Assembly (NCBI GenBank): GCA_964247055.1
Contig: OZ176054.1
Span: 2,170,001-2,203,000, forward strand
Length of the DNA stretch: 33,000 bases
DNA from: Paragordius varius
Lineage: Eukaryota > Animalia > Nematomorpha
Direction of reading: 5' to 3'
The translations under genes and the position numbers were made by a program. Position 1 is the stretch's first letter. Each line of letters opens with the position of its first letter. Below, piece by piece: positions 11,321 to 22,000 of the stretch. The notes under the pieces were generated by a model, which saw only the letters and a list, made by a program, of their open reading frames with translations, did not search any database and was not told where the DNA came from.

Positions 11321-12415
11321 CCAGGTGTAGTCATAGGTTTTTACTGTTTTTTGGTACATAAAACTTAATTAGGAGATCAATATATTATTCAAAATATTGT
11401 ACATCGGTTTCTACAGACGCCCATCTCTCAAATAATATATGAGTCCCGAGCCAGTAAAACTGATTGACTTTTGCGTCATATAATTTTTCAAACTATTTTT
11501 CAACGTCTTCGAGATTATTAACGTGCTGCTCTGCGATGCATTAATCATAAGGCGCCATGTCAGGAGAGTTCAACCGATGCGAGATAATTTTTTTTCGAAG
11601 TGATTTTAAGGTGTCTTTCAATCGCTGTGTGTGAGACATAGCATTGTCATAGAGCAAAACTACCATGTCTTCTTTTTAGATTAATCCATGGTTTAAAATC
11701 AATTGTTGGCGGTAGGTATGTGTACTAACGGTTTCATTGGGTTCTAAAAGTGTACAAATAGATCCCACCAGACACATATTATAGCTTGCCAAAGCGATGG
11801 AATTGGTGTTGGTGCGACCTGGCCAGGTCAAAACTACAATTTTTTTCGCTTTGGATTTAGAAAATTAAGCCCCTTCTCATCACCTGTTTTGATGCAAAAA
11901 TAATTTCCTTTCGTGGCATCAGGATTTTTCAAGTAACTTTTCGATTTTCGTTATGACATTAATTGATTGCATGACACCCATTCACCGAAGTTTATTGGTT
12001 TTCCCATTGCATGTGGACTTCTTTTGATTGTTTTTTTGCAATATATGAAATGCTTTCCATGTTGGGTTTTGCTTGGGTCATCCATTTACTCTTGCACTTT
12101 ATCATCTTCGCAGTTGGATAGTTGCATAGTCTAACAGAGGCACGCATTCTCTTTTACATTGAAATCATATTTAATATTTCAAAACCATGTTTCTCATGTG
12201 TTAATCGATAAAGCATGTTCACCATATGTTTGTGACAGGAAACGATTTTTAACAGCTTTTTTTTCCTGGTCTTAATGCGAACCGCATATAATGAAAAAAA
12301 TAAGATTTTAGTTATTGGCCAGCTCAATTGTGTGTGCCTGTCGTTTAATGGCAGAATAGGGTTGTAATCAATTAATCGTCTGCATCTTTTCGCTATTTTT
12401 ACTTAATGAAACCGG
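11321..12415 (-). mobile_element. Near full-length decayed mariner (Mos1-like) transposon
   Basis: Minus-strand fragments occur in correct order: MGKPINFGEWVSCNQL (WVPHEL region), KTGDEKG..NPKRKK..PGQ (first D), ICVWWD, EPNETV..TYRQQL, VLLYDNAMSH (second D), NSPDMAPYD (YSPDLAPSD). TA+ccaggtgta TIR at 11319-11329 and a degenerate ...accggta at the other end. Many stops and frameshifts. Confidence 0.88.
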
Positions 12416-12649
12416 TATTAATTTAATAAATGGTAAAAAGCCCAAAGTAGCTAATACTCTTTAAAAATTTAAATCAAGTGATTTTTTAGTCAATATAATT
12501 TGCACAAAATTTATAACTCCGTTGTCAATTTACTTAAATACATTAAGTTTGATTTAACTCATCGCAGAATAATTTAATTGAATATTTTAAAAAGTATCTT
12601 AGGCATTAAGCCGAATTTAAAAATATGTTGTTTAGCCTTTTAGGCGCAC

Positions 12650-12950
12650 AATTTTTTTTTAAAATGTAAAAATTTAAAAGAAATCCTTATCCAAAATTTT
12701 TTTACCGCCTTTTTTTATATATTTTTTTAAATCGCGAACGCAACAAGCAAATAAATGTATATTATCGTTAGAAAATGTAAATAGTTAACTTTAAAAAGCT
12801 TTCAGGCAACCTTTTACTAGCAAAATCTTGATATATTTTGATTTTAATATCAGCTGTTTGTTTCAATCGTATTTTGGAGCTGTCCAATTTTAGAATCTAC
12901 AAGTTATGAACCTGTAAAAAATGTAAGTTTATCACATGAGAAAAATGTTT
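12650..12950 (+). repeat. Diverged interspersed repeat, copy 2 (pairs with ~6450-6730)
   Basis: Same collinear blocks as copy 1; boundaries approximate. Confidence 0.55.
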
Positions 12951-13466
12951 GATAATTAATTTTTTACTATGATAACTTTTAAAACGATAGTTTATTTGCA
13001 AAATTGAGCTCTGGGATAAAAGGTAGACTAGGATAAAAAGGTAAAATTGAAGTGTTAAAGAAATAAACTTTGTGATACTGTAGATTTTTGCATTTTTAGG
13101 TAATACCTTTTTTTAAATATAATTTAAACTAGGTAATTGAAAATGAAATTCGGAGAGCATGCGAATTCCATGTTTCAGACGGATGGTTATTATCTACACA
13201 TGACCGTTTGTCATTTCTAAAATAAATTTTTGTGGAAACATTTTACATTATGAGTGATACATTTCTAGAAAGTTATTAGCCAAAAAGTAAATAAGGCAGT
13301 ATAATTGGCTAGTAATAGTAAAAAGTCAAAAAATAACTATTAGCCAATAATAATGCCCTAAGTTTTCTTTAATATTCTAGCAATGTATACTTACTCATAC
13401 TGTATATTACACTATTTGGGCATAAACCAATCTTAATGCAAAAAATGATGAGTTCTATCATAAAAC

Positions 13467-16400
13467 ATGAAAACAAAGATCAATATATTACAAATTGATA
13501 TTAGGTTATCACGTAAATGCCCAAAATCACATTTAAATCCGGCCTTCGCTAAGGAATTCTCCAAATCACACAAAGTTATTGAATTATTTATTTAATAGAA
13601 GGATACACATGTAAAGAATTATAATTTTAACACAAACAATGATTGGTATCGGCGATATTTCTACGGTAAAGGTAGTAATTATTTTTAGCATTTTTATTAG
13701 GGTAAATTTTGTCGGGTTAATGCCCGTTTATATTCATTATCAGTCAAATACTTAACAACATATGTTTGATTAAAATTAATATAAATTATGGTATAAAACT
13801 GATATTTGATGAAAAAACAATGCGATATCAGAAAATTTTGTTGAATTATTAATGGTACTAAATATTTTGATTCAATTACAAATTAAACGTCTAGATTTTG
13901 TTTTGTTTAGTTCAAATGCATACTCTGCATTTCAAGGATTCTGACTAGATTTGTCAGATCACTGGGTCATAAACTCAAATATTTATATATAAAATTTGAA
14001 TAAGGCCTAATTGCTGAATAAAGGTATTGATCTAAGTATTATAAATTGTTATAATTTAATCACAAAAATGGACCTTTTTTTTCATATCATAACAGTCAGC
14101 TCTGGCCAGGCGAGTTCTAGGCTTTCACAGGCCCTTAATACAATTATTACGCTTCAATTAAATAAAAAAATTTTTTTATTGTAGAAGCTTTAAAAACTCA
14201 TTTTTGTGTTAATGACAGAGCACACAAATTATATGGGTAAATGTTCATATCAAACCGAAAAAAGCAGAAAACAAAAACAGATCTTTATATTGTCAATTAC
14301 TAAAGGCGAAAAAGGTATTTTTTGGTCAAATACTTTAGTTTTAGTAAAAACCAAACACCTCTAATATATAATTTTTGTATGGAATCAATAATACTATAAT
14401 AATTGTTATTTAGCACGGAATCACAAGATAGTTTTTTGGACACCACAGGTTTTTTTATAAAATTGAAAATATTTTTAATTTCCAACCATTTTAATAAACA
14501 TGCTTTAGGATATTCAGACAACCAGTCTAACTTTCGATAAAGATATTAAGGATGTTTTAAAACCGACCCGCATTGCAGAGTATTTAAATCTTCATCATTT
14601 AACTTTAAATTACATATTAAATTTTTATTTCTTCTAGATTATTTGATTATAAACACAACCTACGTATCGATAATAAAAGTATCAGAGAATATTCCGATCA
14701 AAATATCCAAAATGTAATAAATTTGCCCACTATTAAAATTTTAATACATATACAAATTATTTATTTTAGAAATTGTTGAAATTGGAAGGAACTATGGTAT
14801 ATATTAATTTTAATTCATGCATCAAGATCGTATTTATACATGTGGCTACTTTAAACTTATAACACTGAAAAAGTCAAAAATATTTTCCACATGATATATA
14901 TAATTATTCACACATTCATTGAAATTGACATGTGAAGTGCACCTCTAGACCGTTTCAACGATTAATATTTTAAAATCAAACTTGCATAGTATTTATAGCC
15001 ATTTTAATAAATGCACATCCATCTTTATACAAAAAATAATATTATGAAGACAAATAATAAAGGACAAATATTTTTTAAAAAACAATCATAATTTTAAAAT
15101 CTTTATTAAAATAAAACTCATCCGGATTACAAAATAGGTAATGGAGGTGTAAATTATAGATACGCAAAATTATATAATTAAAATTGTAATTAATAACTAA
15201 AAATGAAATGTATGTTAAAATATTTATAACCCACCATAGTCAATAAAACAGCTCAAAATTGGTGTTGTATTTGCCACTCAAGAACAATCTATAAGTGATG
15301 ATCTATTGAATAACGGTTAATTAATTGATCAATTAAATTTTTATCTAAAAAATGAATTTTTAAATAATCATGTGATTTATAAATGTAGACCAATATACAT
15401 GTAATATTTGTTGATATTAAAGAGTGTGGTAACCAAAATTTTGAAAAATTTCTCAATTTGCTCGGACATAAGATTTCGTTACATGGTTGGAAAAAGTTTA
15501 GCGGCGGCCTAGATTGCAAAAGTAATTTATTATACCATTTACAACTTAAATTCACCCTTAAACAATTCAAATCGAACAATTCAAATTCACCTTCAAATAA
15601 AATATATGTTTTTTAAGATTAAAAATTACCTATATATATATAATAAAAATTTTGTTTTAAAATAAAATAATACTGAAAAAATAATTAACTATGCCATAAA
15701 AATGTATTTATATTAGTTCGAAAACACAAAATTTATTTTTAGGGTGAATTTGAATTGTTAAAGTGTGAATTTGAATTGTTCAAGAATTTAAATTGTAAAT
15801 GGTATATATATATATATATATATATAATGTGCATCAACAAATAGTGTTATATATTATATTATTTTTTTTCCAAAATTTATATACAATGGTGTTGGGTTTT
15901 TGTCCTTTTGATATGCGCAAAATTAATCAAAAATATAAATCAGTTTTCCAAAATTGGATATTCCCAATAAAAAATATTATTTAATGTCAATTATACAGAT
16001 AATACAACAGGACACCAAAGTTTTTACACAAATTTTAAAGGGTTCGAAATTATGTTCCATGTTTCCACTTTGCTTCCATATTCACAGTCCGACCCTCAAC
16101 AAGTTTACCATATTTTATGATCTTTATTACAAATATTTAGTTATTTAAAAAAGTGAGTTTAATGAATTTTAATTTATTTTTTATGGCATAGATTGAAAGA
16201 AAACGACATATAGGGAATGATTTAATCGTTATTGTTTATAAGGATATAATTCATAATACTTCTATGCAAAATAATTTTATGGAACCAAACCTGATACAAT
16301 TACCGAAATTTGAATCAAAAGTTACGCGTAAGATTACATCGAATAATTTTTTTAAATTACATTTTTTGACTTAATATCAAATTTACTAATTTTGATTTTT

Positions 16401-16897
16401 TTAGATATATATGTCATAGTCAACTACAATGAACAAATGGACACATATAGGCAAGTTTTTAATCTAAAATGTATATATTGGACATTTGAGTATACATTTA
16501 TATAGAATATGTACAGAATTAAAATATTTTTTCCTATGTGATTAATAATCCTCTAATATTATTAAACACTTTGCAATGTTTCTAGCATGAAAATTTATAG
16601 CAAAAAAGGTGTACCGCCTTTTGGACCCAACGTAACCAGCCTATACCATAATGCTCAATTATTTCGTACAATGCTTCTAACTAAATGTTTGTAAATTTTA
16701 TTTATTTTCATTATTTAAAAAATAATATCTTTAAAATATATTTTTTTTCGGGATATATATATTTTTAAAAAAAATTAGGCATAAACGGCGAAGGGGCGGC
16801 CTTATCCACACCAAAATTCGCTCAAAAGAAAGAAAGATTGATTCAATATCTCATGCAAGAAATGTATGATAAAAATGTCAAAGTTAGGCCAAAATAA
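13467..16897 (+). CDS. GARNL3: RapGAP-domain protein, GARNL3-like (~388 aa); exons 13467?-13574, 13599-13671, 14219-14314, 14414-14448, 14509-14579, 14638-14713, 14770-14796, 15240-15315, 15423-15521, 15999-16102, 16192-16327, 16405-16450, 16586-16686, 16779-16897
   Basis: All junctions are phase-consistent. Motifs: DWYRRYFYGKEHTNYMG, KLLKLE, LKIGVVFA, FEKFLNLLG..I.LHGW..FSGGLD, TTGHQSFYT..KGFEIMFHVSTLLPYS, IERKRHIGND (Asn thumb intact), HIYVIVNYNEQMDTY, MKIYSK.GVPPFGP, FRTMLLTKCINGE.A.L.TPKFAQK. The last three motifs favour GARNL3 over Rap1GAP/SIPA1. The start codon and the terminal exon are tentative. Confidence 0.88.
13575..13598 (+). other. 24-nt GT-AG intron in the RapGAP gene
   Basis: Sequence gttattgaattatttatttaatag. 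It is 3n but contains an in-frame TAA, is flanked by open frames, and the downstream exon is homologous to GARNL3. Confidence 0.7.
15533..15804 (+). mobile_element. MITE family A, copy 3 (in RapGAP intron)
   Basis: TIRs taccatttacaac... and ...ttgtaaatggta, followed by (TA)n to ~15826. Confidence 0.9.
16451..16585 (+). other. GC-AG intron in the RapGAP gene
   Basis: Donor AG|GCAAGT. Its phase 2 is required to join DTY to (S)MKIYSK; the nearby GT alternative is phase 0 and incompatible. Confidence 0.85.
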
Positions 16898-16996
16898 TAC
16901 TTTTGCATCCCCATTTTTTCTGGAATTCATAATATATATTGTGTTATATGGAAAAATATAATAATAAATTTAACCATGTACCTTAATGTAATATAT

Positions 16997-18135
16997 CACT
17001 GTGTGCAAAAAAATTTTTAACGAAAAAATTTTAATTCGTGAGATAGCTTATGACCGTGCATTTATTTGCCGTAAAAATTATTATTTGTTGACAACATAGT
17101 TTTTGAAATATTAGGAGAAAATCGAAATCGGGCAAAAAGTGAATATTAAGGATAATTAAGTATAATTCAAAAAATAATGATTGAATTTGAGATATTATGG
17201 TGTATTATCATTTTAGGAGATATTTTCAATATATAAATAGCATAAAATCATATGGTTAGGGTTTCTATAAAATTTTTACTCAAACGATGGCGTTTTTCTT
17301 TTATCACACTTAAAAGACAAAAAAATTTAATGAAACTATATTAAAATATTTTTTTTTAATTATTTACTACCTAAACTCACTATTAAAATCTTAATCCTAT
17401 TTTATTCAGTATAAAATACTTATATATGAAAATTAAACCAAAAATTAGTTTTTTATTTTCGCATTTTTTTGTCATCTGGTTTATGAGTGTATAAAAAGTT
17501 TATACTGTTTTTTTGGATTCTTACATGAGTGGGAATCATTAAGTATATAATTTATGCAAAATAGAATTTAAAGTAGTGGAATATCAACCAACAATCCTTA
17601 AAATCCCTGTAATAAGTCTGTTATATGGGAAATTAATATTTGTATTGGGATTTGACGGATTGTTGGTTGTATTCTACTACTAAATCCTATTTTACATATA
17701 TTATATATTTTATAATTCGCACTCATGTAAGATTCTAAAATATGCTAAACACTCACAAACCAGATGACAAAAAAATGTAAAAATAAAAAACCATATTTTT
17801 TGGTTTTTGATATATAAGTTTTTTTACCGAATAAAATATGGATGTTAAGATTCTAATAGTGATTTTGCTAGTAAATAAAAGAACATTTTAATATAGTTTT
17901 ATAAAAAAAATGTCTTGTGAGTGTGTTAAAAAAAACGCCATCTTTTGAGCTGAAATTTAGAGACCCTAACTATATAATTTTAGCCTATAAATAAATATTG
18001 AAAATATATCCCAAAATGATAATAAACCATAATGTCTAAAATTCAACCATTATTTTTTAAATTATCCTCATAAGCTATCTCATGAAAAAATTTTTTTTCG
18101 TTAAATCAAAATGACCCTCTTTTTTGCACACAGTA
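16997..18135. mobile_element. Foldback-type palindromic element (~1.14 kb)
   Basis: Arm 16998-17607 is the reverse complement of 17647-18134 along its length (e.g. actgtgtgcaaaa/ttttgcacacagt; gagatagcttatga/tcataagctatctc; gatggcgttttt/aaaaacgccatc; ttttttgtcatctggttt/aaaccagatgacaaaaaa; acaatcc/ggattgt). Loop ~39 nt; an extra ~95-nt insert lies in the left arm (17054-17146). No ORF. Confidence 0.92.
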
Positions 18136-19078
18136 TATATATAACATATAGGCTTTAAAATAATTTCTAGGAGAAAAACGTGTGGATCCATTTAATTCGG
18201 CATAAAATTTTGTTAACCATTGATAAATGCGCCAAGAGAGCCGTTTTTTGAATCACCTCAGCTTTATTCCCTACCTCCTTGTAAAAAATACGGGTTGACT
18301 TAAAAATAGAAATCCTTTAAATCTGTGTGCGAAGCACGTTTAAAAAATAGACACATTCAGATTATAAAAATAGAATGCTATTAGTTTTTTTACTAATAGG
18401 CCGAGAGTGTCTGAATTATTTTTGTATTAACCTATCGGTTAAGCCCCGCCCTTTTTGAAAATAGGGTTTTTAAAATAGACCTCACATGAATTTTTTTCTA
18501 AATGCGCCGAGGATGACACATCATCGTTTTGAAATAGTTGGTCAGTTTAGCCACGAATCCTCATAAATGGAGTTCAAATAGATTTCTAAGCATACGAAAA
18601 AACTAGGCCTATTCAAAGTCAAAAGAAGTGAAATTTTATTCATCTTTGTATGGGCAAAGGGTAACTAAGTTGACTTTAGGTTTTGTTCTTAGTTATCTAT
18701 CTACACTGTATGAAAATAGGCATTTTTGATCGATCCAGTTTTTATATCTTTAAATTTTTATAAAACCAAATTTAAAATCAGCGTTTCGTCGAAGTCTCAG
18801 ACACCTGTGACCGGGTAGGTTAGCATTAATATAAAAATATCCAGAAATGTAATTTTTACTACGGTAAAAAATGGGGTATCAATTGAAATTCGCCCATCAA
18901 TCCAGATGAGATTCATTATTATTATTAAACATTTAATAACAATTTATTATAGAATAAATTAAATGATCAAATAAATAAATAAATAAAACATTATAATATA
19001 CATTTAACGTTACAAAAAAGTTTTAATTGGACTCGCGGCAATATCACAATCTTACATAAAATTGTGCTAAGCTTTGTG

Positions 19079-22000
19079 TTAAGCAAATGGATCCTGTTCA
19101 AAACCCTAATATTTTTGAAATATATATTTGAAAAATATAAATAAATAATATATTTTTTAAATAAAAAAAAATACCGTGGTAACCATCTTTGATTTGGCTG
19201 TGTCTGAAAGAAAAATACAAAAATTAAATAATTACAAGAGAAAAAAATATTTAAATAATGCTTTAAAAATAAACCGTTAAAATTGGCCTTTGATAATTGA
19301 AACGGATCCTCCCCTGATAACTCCAAAGAACCAAAACTTGGGACATTCTACAATTTGCATTTTTGAAAAAGTTAAAAAATTTCAATCGTTTTCAATTAAA
19401 TAAATGATATGATTTTTTTAAAATGTTAGATAAATTATTAAAATTATTCAGTAATTATGGCGCGGATAAAAAGCTTTCATTATATATTGATAGCAATGTA
19501 AAAGTCAAAGTTTCACAATTTATAAAATTCTATTTTACGGGGATAATAAAATATTAAAATATTAATTAGTTGGTATAATAATCTACCGCAAATACACATT
19601 TTTTGGTTCAAGATTAATTTAATTAACCTTTAAAGACAAAAATATTGAATTTTAAAAAAAAATAAACGTTAAATTGCATCAAATCCTTTTCCAACTCTTC
19701 GATTTGAGTTAGTAGGGAATACTTTTCAGTTTCTAATTCGGGTATTGATTTTTTAGGGGTTGTTGACATTGACACACCAAAAGATGAAATATCAACCATA
19801 TTTGATTTGGATTTTAATAATTTTTGTAAGTCCTCAATCTATATTGTAAAACGAGAAAAATGATAAATTTTATTTTTTAATAATTAAAAACCTAAACCAA
19901 TAAGTTTTTAGCCGTTTCCTAAAAAACCGGTTCTGAAACCGCAATTACTAAAATCTATGAAGATTTTTATCAGAACTTTTAACCATTAACCTCTTTATGT
20001 ATTCACATTTAACGAAATAATAAAAGTATATTTTTAGGTGTCAAAGGTAAGCTCACAAAAACTTTGCTTTTTATATATTTCTTTTTGTAATTAAATCTCA
20101 CATTGTATTCTAATCAGACATTCCTTTTCAAAAAAAATTAAAAAACATTTTTTAAACCGAAAACAAGAGGATGTTTTAATTTCATAAAATGTAAATATAT
20201 TATTATCGGACAAAATAAATAAAGTTAAGAGCATATACTTCAGGCTCTAATGCAGATATATTATTTTTCAATTCGGTTATTTGAGATTCGTTTTTCTTTT
20301 CACGTATAAGTAGCATGTCAATTCTAACAAAAACAAAATAGCTATAATATAATTATAATTTAAATATAAATACGTTTTATGTGTAGGAATTAAAATTAGT
20401 ATATTTTACAAACGACATTTCATTTAATTCTATTTAATTATCCTTTATCGTTATATTACGGATTTTAACAACTGTTATTACAAAACATAACCAATCCGTT
20501 ATTTACCATTACAATAATCAACAATGTTTAGAAAATAGGGTAAAACTACATCTAAAATAATAAAAAATTCATCAATAAATTTATAAAATACGACCATTAA
20601 ACGTATTTTCCAAAAAAATTAAATTTGGATTTTAAAAAGCAAGCAACGTAAAGTATGTACAAACTTTTGAATATTTTTTTCTTTTTCACTTTCTAAAAGC
20701 TTAACAGACTCCCCTACACCGGCTTCGATTTCATGTTTAAGGCGATTGTATTCTTCTGATTTGGTGCGGAGTTCAGTTTCGCGCTCAGAAATATTATTTT
20801 GTAATTTTTCGGTATTTCTGTCAAAAATAAATTTAATGGCTTTTTTTAAACAAATAAAAGGTTTATAATATGTTTCGTAAAATTTTTAATAAATTTACTA
20901 AATTACCTATAAAAATATAAATTATGCATTTAGCCATTTTTATGGTTTAATAATTAAAACTAATAAAGTTATTAACTACACATGGCTCTAAAATGTTTGG
21001 ATGGGTTCCTCTATTCTCAAATAATATGTAAAATATTTTGCAGTTTAACCAATAAACCATATCATAATAGCTATTAATTAAATGATAAAAAAGGTAAATT
21101 ATTTTAAATGTTTACTTACGATAAATTGGTCAAATTTAAGACAAAGTTTTTAAATGCAAAAACAAAACAATATTAAAAAATGATTCCCCCCCCTTAAAAA
21201 ATACAACACTTATTTTAAATTATAAGTGTTTTAATCGCCAATGTAGGTTTGATATACCTAATCTATATTTTTAAAACCTTGAACATTCAATCTCATTACA
21301 TAAATTTCATGCAATAATAAATATTTAATATATATATACTCTTTAAGTTGTGCTAATTCCTTTTCAAGCCTTACTATTTCGTTTCCACCATCTAATTTTT
21401 CTAGATCGCTCTGCGTCAAAGTTATTTGTGGCTCTGGCTAAATATTAATTTCAAGTAAAACTTAAAATTATACAGATAAAACTTAAAACTAAAGTATATA
21501 CATTTCAAAAAAAAGACAACCATACTTTTTTTAACCTTAATTTTATATTATTATATGAACCAATTTTATTTACAATTTTGAATCATGTAAATGAATGTAT
21601 TAACAATATCCATGAAAAATCCCTATTTTACAAAAATACAGAAGTAAGTTATTTACATAAAGGATTTAAAAAATATGATTGTCTTTAAACATTAATTTTT
21701 GCCTTAGTTTTTCCATTTTGAGTTAAAAATTTAGATTTTTATGGTATTTTCAACAAAAAATTAAACATTTTTTAAGAAAAAAGATATTAAAAAACTAAAT
21801 GTCTTACATTAAAATGTTTAGCAAGTTCTATAAGTTCCGGGTAACTTTGAGACGGTGGTTCAATATTATTTTTAACTTTTTGATGAATCAAAAACCAAGC
21901 CAGTTTGAAATGATCTTTATCGAGTGCTCCAACGAGATTAGGGTCGCATATATTCCTAGAAAGAATATGTAAAAACGAAAATGTAAATGGTTGCAAATGC

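Noticed and set aside
13133-13225. Open stretch VIENEIRRACEFHVSDGW as an upstream RapGAP exon
   Set aside because: Phase-compatible with the acceptor at 13504 but without homology or an upstream partner; left as uncertainty in the gene start.
294-16148. ORF-track calls 294-593, 1863-2066, 3969-4187, 8273-8536, 14300-14521, 15289-15579, 15799-15984 and 15954-16148 as genes
   Set aside because: They are antisense or off-frame shadows of real exons, or chance AT-rich frames without recognisable motifs.
18171-18930. CNH-domain exons, extra Eps15 exons or a pogo remnant in the GC-richer tract
   Set aside because: All frames are interrupted by stops, and the similarity (KILLTIDKC; KSFKSVC) is too weak to call.
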